A stretch of 64,000 nt of DNA from Acidobacteriota bacterium (GTDB lineage Bacteria; Acidobacteriota; UBA6911; RPQK01; JADFOI01): positions 2,720,001 to 2,784,000 of the forward strand of contig OY760074.1 in NCBI GenBank assembly GCA_963663035.1. Reading direction: 5' to 3'. Numbering within the stretch: the first letter of the stretch is position 1; the number at the start of each line of letters is the position of its first letter. The notes under the pieces are model-generated. The model had not been told where the DNA came from, searched no databases, and worked only from the letters and a program-made list of their open reading frames with translations. A program made the position numbers and the translations under genes. This document shows, piece by piece, positions 54,751-64,000 of this stretch.

Positions 54751-57700
54751 ATGCGTATTGAGAATCTATTTCAGAAGGACATTTCCCGGCCCATCAATGG
54801 CGTCGTAAAAGCCGATCAGCTGGATGAATCATCGGTCTGGCAGGAGCTGGAGGAGTTCGTTGTCACGAAGGAACTGGACCAACACCTTCGGCGCTTCTTC
54901 TCCAGCTACTGCGAAGCGATGGACAAGACCGGGGACCCGGATGTTGCGGGGAAGATCGGGGTCTGGGTTTCGGGTTTTTTTGGATCCGGCAAATCCCACT
55001 TCATCAAAGTGCTGTCCTACCTGCTCAATAACAAGAGTCATACGCATGATGGTCAAACCCGGCAGGCCGTCGAATTCTTCGATCTAAAAGTCAAGGATGC
55101 GATGCTGCTCGGGGACATCAAGCGTGCGGTCGCATCCCATACCGATGTCATTTTGTTCAATATCGACAGCAAGGCGGACAACCGGGCTGGGCGCGATGCC
55201 ATCCTGGCGGTCTTCCTCAAAGTGTTGAACGAGTTGGCGGGATACAGTGGCGATCACCCGCATATCGCCCACATGGAGCGTTATCTCGAAGGCAAGGGCA
55301 GGCTTGAGGTCTTTCACGATGCCTATCGGGCACAGACCGGCACCAATTGGACCGACGAACGCGACGCTTACGCGTTCAATCGGGACGAGGTTATCAAGGC
55401 ACTGGCCTATTCCCTCCGCCAGAGTGAACAATCCTGCGAGAAATGGATGGACGGCGCCGAGGGCAATTTTGCCCTGACCATCGAGAACTTCTGCCAATGG
55501 GTCCAGGACTATCTCGATGGCAGGGGGGAAGACCACCGCATCGTCTTTCTCGTTGATGAGGTCGGGCAGTTCATCGGCACCGATACCCACCTGATGCTCA
55601 ATCTGCAAACCATCACCGAAGAGCTGGGCACCGTCTGCAAGGGCCGGGCTTGGGTTGTCGTCACGTCTCAGGAGGACATCGATGCGGTGCTCGGTGAGAT
55701 ACAGGGAACCCGCGCCAACGACTTTTCCAAAATCCAGGGCCGGTTCCGCACCCGCCTGTCGCTGTCCAGCGCCAATGTGGATGAGGTCATCCAGGAACGC
55801 CTGCTTGCCAAGCGGGAAGAAGTACGGGCCGGACTGGAGGCAGAGTACGCCAGGCAAGGCGACATTCTTAAGAATCAACTATCCTTCAGGGATGCCGGAA
55901 TGACCTTCCCGCAGTTCAGGGATGCGGATGATTTCGTGCGGAATTATCCCTTCGCGCCCTACCAGTTCAAGCTGCTCCAGAAGATTTTCGAGTCGATCCG
56001 CAAGGCGGGAGCTACCGGGCTCCATCTGGCCCAAGGGGAGCGTTCCCTGTTGGACGCCTTCCAGCATGCGGGGAAGTCCGTGGCCCGCATGGAAGTAGGC
56101 ATTCTGGTTCCGCTGTATCGCTTTTACCCGTCCATTGAGAGCTTTCTCGACACCACCGTCAAACGCACCATCGACCAAGCCAAAGACAATACGAGTCTGG
56201 AGGATTTTGACACCCGGCTCCTTGAAGTGCTTTTTCTCATCCGCTACGTCGATGAAGTCAAAGGCAATGTCGATAACCTCGTCACCCTGTGCCTTGATCA
56301 GATCGACGCAGACCGTCTCGCACTGCGAAAAACCATCGAGGCCAGCCTTCAGCGGCTGGAGCGGGAAACGCTCGTCAACCGCAGCGGCGACACCTACTTT
56401 TTCCTGACCAGCGAAGAGCGCGACATTAATCGCGAAATCAAAAATGTCGAACTGGGTAGCGCGGAGGAAGCTAAGCTCGTCGGTGAGCTTGTTTTTGACG
56501 ATGTATTGAAAGGTCATCGCAAGCATCGCTTCAGCGCCAACAAAATGGATTTCAGCTTCAGCCGTATTTGCGACGCGCATCCGGTCGGCAATCGCACCGA
56601 GGGCGCACTCGTCGTCTCGATTATGACGCCGTTGGCCGAGGACTATGAGTTCTACCAGGAAGATGGCAAGTGCGTGCTGGAAAGCAGCCGGGAGGACGGG
56701 CAGGTTCTCATCCGGCTACGGGACGACGAGAGTCTGGGGCGGGAACTGCGCACGCTGTTGCGGACGGACAAATACATTCGAACGAAGGATGACGGTACTC
56801 TGCCGGCCACCACCAAACGAATCCACCGCGATCTGGCTGAGGAGAATCGCATGCGCCGCGACCACCTGATCGGCCTGCTCGGCGAGATGCTGGCGGACGC
56901 CAGCTACTTTGTGGCGGGGCAGCGGCTAGAGGTTTCCGCCAGTGCTCCTCAGATAGCCCTGAGCAAGGCGATGGAGTACCTCATCCAGAACACCTTTAAC
57001 AAGATGAGCTATCTCAAGACGCTTTGCGACGATCCGCTCAAGGAGATCCAGGCCGTTTTACGCAGCAATGATATTGGACAATACAACCTCGGCATGGATA
57101 TGCCTGAGAGCAATCCGCAAGCCATTGAAGAGCTTCGCGCTCACATCGAGCTTTGCAAGAAAACCAACCGGCAGATTGTACTTGGCACGATCACCGAGCG
57201 CTACGCCAAGCGTCCTTATGGCTGGCCCGAGTTCGAGGTCATTCTTCTTCTAGCCCGGCTCATCATGGCTGGCGATGTGCAATGCGTCTTGGGCGGTGCG
57301 GCAATCCCAAAGGACAAGCTATACGAAGCGCTCACGTCAAAGCGCAAGTGGCGAAACATCACGATCGTCCAGCGGGCTACGACCCGGCCCGAGGACGTGA
57401 AGCAAGCCAGGGAACTAGGCCGGGACGTGTTCTCGGAGATGGGGCCGGAGAGCGAAGATGCCCTGTTTGAGTTCTTAAAGGGCCGCCTTGAAGACTGGCG
57501 TGAGAAGTTGAGCCAGTATCGTGCCCTGGCGGATACCGGAAGTTACCCTGGATCTGCAGATATCGCAGACAGCCTCAGCCTTCTCAAGATACTGAGGGCT
57601 CCCGAGGATAGCAACAGGTTCTTGGCGCAGGTCAATGAGCACGAAAGCGACCTGCGGGATCTCGCCGAAAGATTCCATGATCTCGATCACTTCTACGAAC

Positions 57701-58323
57701 ATCAGCGCCCCATGTGGGACAAGTTGCGCACGGCATCGAGTCGATTCAAACTCAATCAAATGGAGCTGGAGCGAGACGACTCCGCCGGACCTGCGTTGCG
57801 GCGGATGAGCGAAATCCTCTCTGCACCGAATCCTTACGGATTGCTCAAGGAAGCCGAAGGGCTGATTCGCACGGTAAGCGAAGTAAACGAGGAGCTGCTT
57901 TCTGAGCGACGGACCCGGGCGATTGCAACAATCACCGAACAGACTGCCAGCGTGAGCGCAGAGGTCTCAACGGCGGGTGGAGACGAATCATTGAAAACAA
58001 CGTGCCTTACGCCACTGGAAGATCTGGCGAAACAGGTTTCGACCCACGAGAGTCTTGCACATATCGGCCAGGCTGAGGGCGAAGCCGTGCGCTTGAAGGA
58101 CGAGGCGTTGGACCAGGTCGAGCGCTATCTAGAGCGAAAAGCCGAGGAAGGCAAGGCGGGGCCGGACAAGCCGGTAGTCAAGCCCCGGCGGGTCGTCTCT
58201 CCTGGCAAGTTCGTCAAGTCGTCCTATCTTGAATCTAAGGCCGACGTGAACACTTTCCTTGACGATCTTCGTGAAGAACTGGCCGATGCCCTGGCCAAAA
58301 ACGAGCGCATAGAAATCCGTTAG
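54751..58323 (+). CDS. brxC: BREX P-loop ATPase BrxC
   Basis: RPINGVVK, WVSGFFGSGKSH, LVDEVGQ, KIQGRF, YPF, PYGW. Confidence 0.95.
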   Translation: MRIENLFQKDISRPINGVVKADQLDESSVWQELEEFVVTKELDQHLRRFFSSYCEAMDKTGDPDVAGKIGVWVSGFFGSGKSHFIKVLSYLLNNKSHTHDGQTRQAVEFFDLKVKDAMLLGDIKRAVASHTDVILFNIDSKADNRAGRDAILAVFLKVLNELAGYSGDHPHIAHMERYLEGKGRLEVFHDAYRAQTGTNWTDERDAYAFNRDEVIKALAYSLRQSEQSCEKWMDGAEGNFALTIENFCQWVQDYLDGRGEDHRIVFLVDEVGQFIGTDTHLMLNLQTITEELGTVCKGRAWVVVTSQEDIDAVLGEIQGTRANDFSKIQGRFRTRLSLSSANVDEVIQERLLAKREEVRAGLEAEYARQGDILKNQLSFRDAGMTFPQFRDADDFVRNYPFAPYQFKLLQKIFESIRKAGATGLHLAQGERSLLDAFQHAGKSVARMEVGILVPLYRFYPSIESFLDTTVKRTIDQAKDNTSLEDFDTRLLEVLFLIRYVDEVKGNVDNLVTLCLDQIDADRLALRKTIEASLQRLERETLVNRSGDTYFFLTSEERDINREIKNVELGSAEEAKLVGELVFDDVLKGHRKHRFSANKMDFSFSRICDAHPVGNRTEGALVVSIMTPLAEDYEFYQEDGKCVLESSREDGQVLIRLRDDESLGRELRTLLRTDKYIRTKDDGTLPATTKRIHRDLAEENRMRRDHLIGLLGEMLADASYFVAGQRLEVSASAPQIALSKAMEYLIQNTFNKMSYLKTLCDDPLKEIQAVLRSNDIGQYNLGMDMPESNPQAIEELRAHIELCKKTNRQIVLGTITERYAKRPYGWPEFEVILLLARLIMAGDVQCVLGGAAIPKDKLYEALTSKRKWRNITIVQRATTRPEDVKQARELGRDVFSEMGPESEDALFEFLKGRLEDWREKLSQYRALADTGSYPGSADIADSLSLLKILRAPEDSNRFLAQVNEHESDLRDLAERFHDLDHFYEHQRPMWDKLRTASSRFKLNQMELERDDSAGPALRRMSEILSAPNPYGLLKEAEGLIRTVSEVNEELLSERRTRAIATITEQTASVSAEVSTAGGDESLKTTCLTPLEDLAKQVSTHESLAHIGQAEGEAVRLKDEALDQVERYLERKAEEGKAGPDKPVVKPRRVVSPGKFVKSSYLESKADVNTFLDDLREELADALAKNERIEIR

Positions 58324-58340
58324 ACCGGCATCAATACAAT

Positions 58341-61300
58341 ATGAATCGCAACACACTCGAAGCCTATGCCCAAAAAGCACGGCGCGATTTCATCGCGGCG
58401 GTAACCGGGCGAGCGGCGTTTTACGGACTGACTGCCAAAACCATTGAGCCGGTTGTAGAGCAGGGCGATGTGACCATGATCGGCGCACATGCCTTCCCTC
58501 GCAATGTGGCGGTCCCGCGCAAGCGTCTGGAAGAACGGATCCAACAAGACGGCTTCGAGCAGGTCATGGAGGCAATAGCCTATACGTGGTTCAACCGTTT
58601 CGCAGCCATACGTTACATGGAGCTGCACGGCTATCTAGACCATGGCTACCGCGTTTTGAGTCATCCCGAAGGCCGGCCATACCCCGAGATCTTGGAGCAC
58701 GCCGCTGATGTCGATCTGCCGAACTTCGACCGGGAGAAAGCCGTGGAACTAAAGCTTGACGGTAGCAAAGACGAAGAGCTCTACCGGCTGCTCCTCAAGG
58801 CCCAGTGCAACGCCCTGCATCAGGCCATGCCTTTTCTCTTTGAGCGCATTGGGGATGAGACCGAGTTGCTGCTGCCCGCAAACCTGCTCCACACCGACTC
58901 GCTGATCCACCGGATGGTCGAGAGCATCGACGAGAGCGCCTGGGGGCAGATCGAGATCATCGGCTGGCTCTACCAGTTCTACATCTCGGAGAAGAAAGAC
59001 CAGGTCATTGGCAACGTGGTGGCCTCTGAAGACATTCCGGCAGCGACCCAGCTTTTCACGCCCAACTGGATCGTGAAGTACCTGGTTCAGAATTCGCTGG
59101 GGGCACAGTGGCTGGCGACCTATCCGCACTCGCAGCTCTCGGGGAAGATGGAATACTACATCAAGCCCGCCGAGCAGACCGATGAGGTCAAAGCGCAGCT
59201 TGCGGCTATCACTCCTGGCACGCTCAACCCCGAGGCGCTAACCCTCATCGACCCGGCCAGTGGCTCCGGGCACATCCTGGTGGAGGCCTATGATCTGTTC
59301 AAGGCCATCTACCTGGAACGAGGCTATCGCCAGAGGGATGTGGCCCAGTTGATTTTAGAGAAAAACCTCTTCGGCCTCGATATCGACGGGCGCGCGGCGC
59401 AGCTGACGGGCTTTGCGCTAATGATGAAGGGGCGGGCTAATGATCGTCGGCTTTTCGAGCGGGGCGTGGAGCTCAACGTGATGTCGCTGGTAGACAGCAA
59501 AGGGTTTGATGCGGAGCGGCTCGCTCAGAGTGTGAAGTTGGCCACCTATGGGCTTACGGCCAGTGACCTTACAGAGCTGAAGCGGCTCTTCGAGCACGCC
59601 TCGACCTTTGGCTCGCTGATCCAGGTGCCGGAAGGACTGGCTGCGAAGCTGCCGCCGTTGAAGCAATTGAGTGAAGCCACAAGTCAAGACCTATTTGTGT
59701 CGGATGCCCTCACGCGGTTGGGGCTGTTGGTGCGGCAGGCCGAGATGCTGGCGACGCAGTACGACGCGGTGGTCGCGAATCCACCGTATATGGGAAGCAA
59801 GGGCATGAATGCCCTGGTGAAGAAGTTCGCCAAGGATCACTTTCCCGACGCGAAGAGCGACCTCTTCGCCTGCTTCATCAAACGTGGCTTCACGTTGGCG
59901 AAGGATGCAGGCCACAACGCCATGGTCACCATGCAGAGTTGGATGTTCCTGTCGTCGTTCGAAAAAATGCGCGAGTGGATGCTGCGGGAGAAGACCATCA
60001 AGACGATGGCTCACCTGGGCGCGCGAGCTTTCGGAAGCATCTCGGGCGAGGTGGTTCAAACAACAGCGTGTGTGCTGCAAAACCGATCACCGCAGGGTTA
60101 CAAGCCAGTGTTTTTCAGGTTACTGGACGGTGGCGAAGCAGAGAAAAGCACGGCGCTGGCCAATGGTGAGAAACGTTTCGATACGACAGCCCAAGACGAG
60201 TTCAAGAAAATCCCCGGCAGTCCCGTGGCTTATTGGGTGAGTGAGCGTGTTCGGGAGATGTTTGAAGAAGGGACGTTGCTAGGCAAGCTTGTTGATGCAA
60301 AACAGGGTCTGGCGACGGCCGACAACGATCAGTTCTTGCGGCGTTGGCATGAGGTGGACCAAGGAAAGTGCTCTTACGACTCTAAAAGCAGAGACGCTGC
60401 GGCCCAATCGGGCAAGAAATGGTTTCCTTACAACAAGGGGGGAGAATTCAAAAAATGGTACGGAAATCAGGAATACCTAGTTAACTGGGAAAATGATGGG
60501 CACGCGATTCGTGCTTTCGGCACCGAGGACGGAGGGCGGGCAAGATCGGTACTGCGGAACACCGAGTTCTACTTTCAGGAGTCTTTAACTTGGTCAGACG
60601 TTACCTCCGGCCCCCCCTCGTTTCGTCTGAATGACAGAGGCAGCATCCACGACGTAGCAGGGATGTCAGCGTTCAGTTTTCGTGGCGTGGAGCGCCTGTT
60701 GCTCTCAGGCTATTGCAATACGCCGATTGTGCTAGCCCTCGCGAGGGTAACGAATCCGACACTGCACTTCCAGATCGGTAACTTTGTGAACATCCCATTC
60801 ATAGAGGGCGTTGGGGAAGACTTCAGCCGCGACGTGATGAAGAATGTGGATTGGTTGGTGCGCAGCACAATCATCGACTGGAACGCCTATGAACGCTCCT
60901 GGAACTTCGAATCCCTCCCTATCCTGACCGCATCCTCCGAATCCACGCGCACCCTTGAATCCAGCTACACCGCCTGGATCACACAGAATCGCGAAACCAT
61001 CGCGGAGATGCAGCGTCTCGAAGAGGAGAACAACCGGCTATTCATCGACGCTTATGGCCTGCAAGGCGAACTTACCCCCGACGTCCCCATTGAAGAGATT
61101 ACCCTCACCGTGAACCCCACGTGTAGCTATGGCGGTAATCTCACGGAAGAAGACCAGTGGACCCGCTTCCGCCAGGACACGATGGCCAAACTGGTCTCCT
61201 ACGCTATTGGCTGCATGATGGGCCGTTATAGCCTGGACGCGCCGGGCCTCATCTACGCCCACAGCGGAGGTTCCGGCTTCGACCCCAGCCGCTACAACAC

Positions 61301-61922
61301 GTTCCCTGCCGACCCAGACGGCATCGTCCCGCTCACCGGCTCCGATTGGTTTGAAGATGATGCTGCCCATCGCCTCATGGAGTTCATCTCGGTGGCCTGG
61401 GATGAGACTCACCTTGAAGACAACCTCGCCTTCCTGGCCAGCAACCTCTCACCAAGGAACAACGAGCCCAGCCGTGAGGCCCTGCGCCGCTACCTCTGCG
61501 ACAGGTTCTTCAAGGACCATCTGCAGACCTACAAGAAGCGCCCCATCTACTGGCTCTTCTCAAGCGGCAAGCAGAAGGCATTTCAGTGCCTCGTCTACCT
61601 GCATCGGTACAACGAAGGCACACTGGCCCAGATGCGTACCGAGTATGTGATCCCACTGCAAGGCATGATGGCTTCCCGTGTTCTACGGTTGAAGGACGAT
61701 ATTGCCGCCGACACTTCGACGGCTCATCGCAGGCGGTTGGAGAAGGAGCGGGCGGCACTGGTCAAGCAACGAGCGGAGCTTCGGGAGTTTGACGAAAAGC
61801 TGCGCCACTATGCGGACCAACGCATCGGCCTCGACCTCGACGATGGAGTGAAGGTCAATTACGGCAAGTTCGGAGATTTATTGGCCGAAGTGAAGCCGGT
61901 TACAGGAGCCAAGGCGGACTGA
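58341..61922 (+). CDS. pglX: BREX-1 adenine methyltransferase PglX
   Basis: AYTWFNR, IPAATQLFTP, DPASGSGH, ANPPYMG, KRPIYW, DLDDGVKVNYGKF. Confidence 0.96.
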   Translation: MNRNTLEAYAQKARRDFIAAVTGRAAFYGLTAKTIEPVVEQGDVTMIGAHAFPRNVAVPRKRLEERIQQDGFEQVMEAIAYTWFNRFAAIRYMELHGYLDHGYRVLSHPEGRPYPEILEHAADVDLPNFDREKAVELKLDGSKDEELYRLLLKAQCNALHQAMPFLFERIGDETELLLPANLLHTDSLIHRMVESIDESAWGQIEIIGWLYQFYISEKKDQVIGNVVASEDIPAATQLFTPNWIVKYLVQNSLGAQWLATYPHSQLSGKMEYYIKPAEQTDEVKAQLAAITPGTLNPEALTLIDPASGSGHILVEAYDLFKAIYLERGYRQRDVAQLILEKNLFGLDIDGRAAQLTGFALMMKGRANDRRLFERGVELNVMSLVDSKGFDAERLAQSVKLATYGLTASDLTELKRLFEHASTFGSLIQVPEGLAAKLPPLKQLSEATSQDLFVSDALTRLGLLVRQAEMLATQYDAVVANPPYMGSKGMNALVKKFAKDHFPDAKSDLFACFIKRGFTLAKDAGHNAMVTMQSWMFLSSFEKMREWMLREKTIKTMAHLGARAFGSISGEVVQTTACVLQNRSPQGYKPVFFRLLDGGEAEKSTALANGEKRFDTTAQDEFKKIPGSPVAYWVSERVREMFEEGTLLGKLVDAKQGLATADNDQFLRRWHEVDQGKCSYDSKSRDAAAQSGKKWFPYNKGGEFKKWYGNQEYLVNWENDGHAIRAFGTEDGGRARSVLRNTEFYFQESLTWSDVTSGPPSFRLNDRGSIHDVAGMSAFSFRGVERLLLSGYCNTPIVLALARVTNPTLHFQIGNFVNIPFIEGVGEDFSRDVMKNVDWLVRSTIIDWNAYERSWNFESLPILTASSESTRTLESSYTAWITQNRETIAEMQRLEEENNRLFIDAYGLQGELTPDVPIEEITLTVNPTCSYGGNLTEEDQWTRFRQDTMAKLVSYAIGCMMGRYSLDAPGLIYAHSGGSGFDPSRYNTFPADPDGIVPLTGSDWFEDDAAHRLMEFISVAWDETHLEDNLAFLASNLSPRNNEPSREALRRYLCDRFFKDHLQTYKKRPIYWLFSSGKQKAFQCLVYLHRYNEGTLAQMRTEYVIPLQGMMASRVLRLKDDIAADTSTAHRRRLEKERAALVKQRAELREFDEKLRHYADQRIGLDLDDGVKVNYGKFGDLLAEVKPVTGAKAD

Positions 61923-64000
61923 TGGATGTAGTGCAGATCACTGATGCCCTAGGCCAGGTGTTCAATGATGAACAGGTTCGGGTTGTCTTCTGGAACGACC
62001 CCGATGGAGAGTTCGCCGAATCGCTACCGGACATCGCTCTTGAAGGCGTCAAGGTCCTCAAGCTCGACGAGATTGGGGCACTCGAAGTAAAGGTTCGTAT
62101 TGAACAGGAGGATCCTGCTGGGCGGTATCTACTGTACTCGCCTGCTGAGGAGCCGGACTACGAAGACGACTGGCTGCTGGACATGCGGTTGTACGACCGC
62201 AGCTTCCGGGCAGATCGTGCCTCGATCATCCTGCGGGAACTCGGCTTAGCTCACCACAATCTCCGTCAGCACCTTGCGAAGCGCCGGAAGTTTTTTGACA
62301 ACAAAGAGCGGCTGCAGAAGCTGACGAACCTCGTCACGCCCGAAGACTCGGAACTCGACCTCGACCGTAAGATGCTCGCGGTTGTTGCGAAAGCCGACCA
62401 GCCCGAGCTATTCAACATCGTCCGAACCCTGCTCCACTCGATGGCCAGGGATGGCGCACTCGATCTCGAAGCCAGCCCCCCAGCCTGGGCCCAGATCGAG
62501 AAATTCGAACTCGATGAGCCTTTCTGGGCGATGGTCAAGGCCGCCTTCGGGTACGGCGAAGACAGCCCAACTCTGCAGAATTTGCTCATCCGGCTACTGG
62601 TGTCGGATTACGCGCACCATCTTGCGAAGGAACTGCCCGGTGCGTTGCAGCACCTCCAATTGCCTCGTTCCGGCACTGCGAATGCCGTGGTCTGCCTGGC
62701 CCAATGGAGAGACAGCAGCAGCAAGAGCAGCAGCCACGACGTGTTGGCGGCCGAGGTCGGGGAGCGCCTGCAAATTCTGGATCATCTGCACGGCTGTGAA
62801 GTCGAGGAACTTCTGAATGTGATGACTTTTCCCGATGTGGAGAAAAGGGTTGTGCAGGGGTTGTTGGACCGTGTGACCTCAACGACGGATGCAATTGATC
62901 CCGAGGCTGTCGGTAGCATCGCAGACCGCAGACAGGCCGGACACTGGGTATCTTCGGGCTCGGTGCCCGAGGCCCAACGGAACGCCCGGCGCGCCGTATA
63001 CAAAGCGCTAGCGGTCGCTGCGCAGCTTCTGCATTTGCGCAACACGCATGAGGCGGGCTTCGACTCTCCTGATATGACCGCGATGTACAGGGATTACGAA
63101 TCCAGGCTGTTTCGCTTTGACCAGCTCTACCGGCACTTCTGCGAGAACGCCGATGTGGCCGCCGCCCAGGGCTGGGATATGCTGAAGCCGCTTCGGGAGG
63201 AGATCGAAGCTTGTTACTGCAATGGTTATCTGGCTAAGATTGCGCTCGCTTGGGGCAAGTTCGTGGATGCTGAGCTACCCAAGAGGTGGGCGATCGATGG
63301 TATCCAAAACCAGTATACGTTCTTCGACCGTCAAGTACGGCCATGGCTGGACGAAGCCGAAAATCGGCGGGCCTTCGTCATCATCAGCGATGCCCTGCGG
63401 TACGAAGCCGCGGAAGAGCTGACGAGTTCTCTGAATGGCACCTACCGGGTCGAGGCCAAGTTGTCGTCCCATTTGGGCGTTTTGCCTTCCTATACCGCCC
63501 TGGGCATGGCGAGCCTCCTGCCGCACACGAAACTCGAATATACGGAAAAAGCTGAGATCCTGGCCGACGGGAAGCCAACGGCATCTCTCGAACAGCGCAA
63601 CGAGATACTGAGCGCTCGTGGCGGCATGGCCGTGAAAGCCGGCCCGCTGCTCGCGATGAAGAAGGAAGAAGGCCGGGAGTTCATTGCCGGCAAACGTCTT
63701 ATCTACATCTACCATGACGAGATTGACGCACGCGGCGACAAAGCCGCCACCGAGGGGGACACCTTCGAGGCCGTCAGAAAGACGATCCAGGAACTGGCCG
63801 ATCTCGTCCGCTATGTCGTTAATAATCTGAACGGTAATTACGTGGTGATCACAGCGGACCATGGCTTTCTGTTCACCGAAACGGCGCCAGGCAACCCGGA
63901 CAAGAGCAGGCTGGAGGAAAAGCCAGACGGCGCAGTCACCGCGAAAAAACGATACCTCCTGGGCCACGATCTGCCGCCTCACGAACAGGCCTGGCGGGGC
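61922..64000 (+). CDS. pglZ: BREX-1 PglZ (alkaline-phosphatase fold), incomplete at window end
   Basis: Not in the ORF track (no stop); manual translation MDVVQITDAL...VFWNDPDGEF, with FVIISDALRYE (63374) and VITADHGF (63845) in frame. Confidence 0.93.
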   Translation, partial: MDVVQITDALGQVFNDEQVRVVFWNDPDGEFAESLPDIALEGVKVLKLDEIGALEVKVRIEQEDPAGRYLLYSPAEEPDYEDDWLLDMRLYDRSFRADRASIILRELGLAHHNLRQHLAKRRKFFDNKERLQKLTNLVTPEDSELDLDRKMLAVVAKADQPELFNIVRTLLHSMARDGALDLEASPPAWAQIEKFELDEPFWAMVKAAFGYGEDSPTLQNLLIRLLVSDYAHHLAKELPGALQHLQLPRSGTANAVVCLAQWRDSSSKSSSHDVLAAEVGERLQILDHLHGCEVEELLNVMTFPDVEKRVVQGLLDRVTSTTDAIDPEAVGSIADRRQAGHWVSSGSVPEAQRNARRAVYKALAVAAQLLHLRNTHEAGFDSPDMTAMYRDYESRLFRFDQLYRHFCENADVAAAQGWDMLKPLREEIEACYCNGYLAKIALAWGKFVDAELPKRWAIDGIQNQYTFFDRQVRPWLDEAENRRAFVIISDALRYEAAEELTSSLNGTYRVEAKLSSHLGVLPSYTALGMASLLPHTKLEYTEKAEILADGKPTASLEQRNEILSARGGMAVKAGPLLAMKKEEGREFIAGKRLIYIYHDEIDARGDKAATEGDTFEAVRKTIQELADLVRYVVNNLNGNYVVITADHGFLFTETAPGNPDKSRLEEKPDGAVTAKKRYLLGHDLPPHEQAWRG

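Overview
A mosaic, GC-rich mobile/defence region with no rRNA, tRNA or CRISPR array that I could find. (1) 1-4.8 kb: a scar zone of gene remnants (SEC-C tail, Cys-rich ORF fragments, orphan IS end, dif-like site, broken resolvase) plus an outer-membrane beta-barrel gene and a LuxR-type regulator. (2) 4.9-22.3 kb: a co-oriented conjugative module: ardC, a relaxase-candidate gene, virB2-B3-B4-B9-B10-B5-B6-B8, an uncharacterised HTH-like gene, a structured intergenic region, a VirD4-like coupling protein, VirB11, thermonuclease and a PC4-like SSB. It has no recognisable HUH relaxase, and repeated structured leader elements precede its distal genes. (3) 22.3-35.7 kb: IS-riddled cargo (IS3, IS6, IS256), a DUF1800/DUF1501 pair, two truncated repA genes each preceded by a toxin/defence module (GIY-YIG + membrane protein + TIR + Pro-repeat peptide; HigB-HigA-HEPN) and a fused type IIG-like R-M gene. 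(4) 35.75-40.6 kb: a second, diverged copy of the ~4.8 kb coupling-protein tail. (5) 40.7-53.4 kb: DUF433/PIN TA pair, ParA plus small partner with 8-bp-period repeats, IS5, a phosphatase/ADP-ribosylglycohydrolase fusion with a regulator and unknown gene, a nuclease-like gene and an AAA-DUF4143 gene. (6) 53.5-64 kb: type I BREX (brxA-brxB-brxC-pglX-pglZ, running off the end). Many single-base frameshifts in 15.5-20.1 kb may be long-read errors. All family calls come from motif recognition by eye, not database searches.
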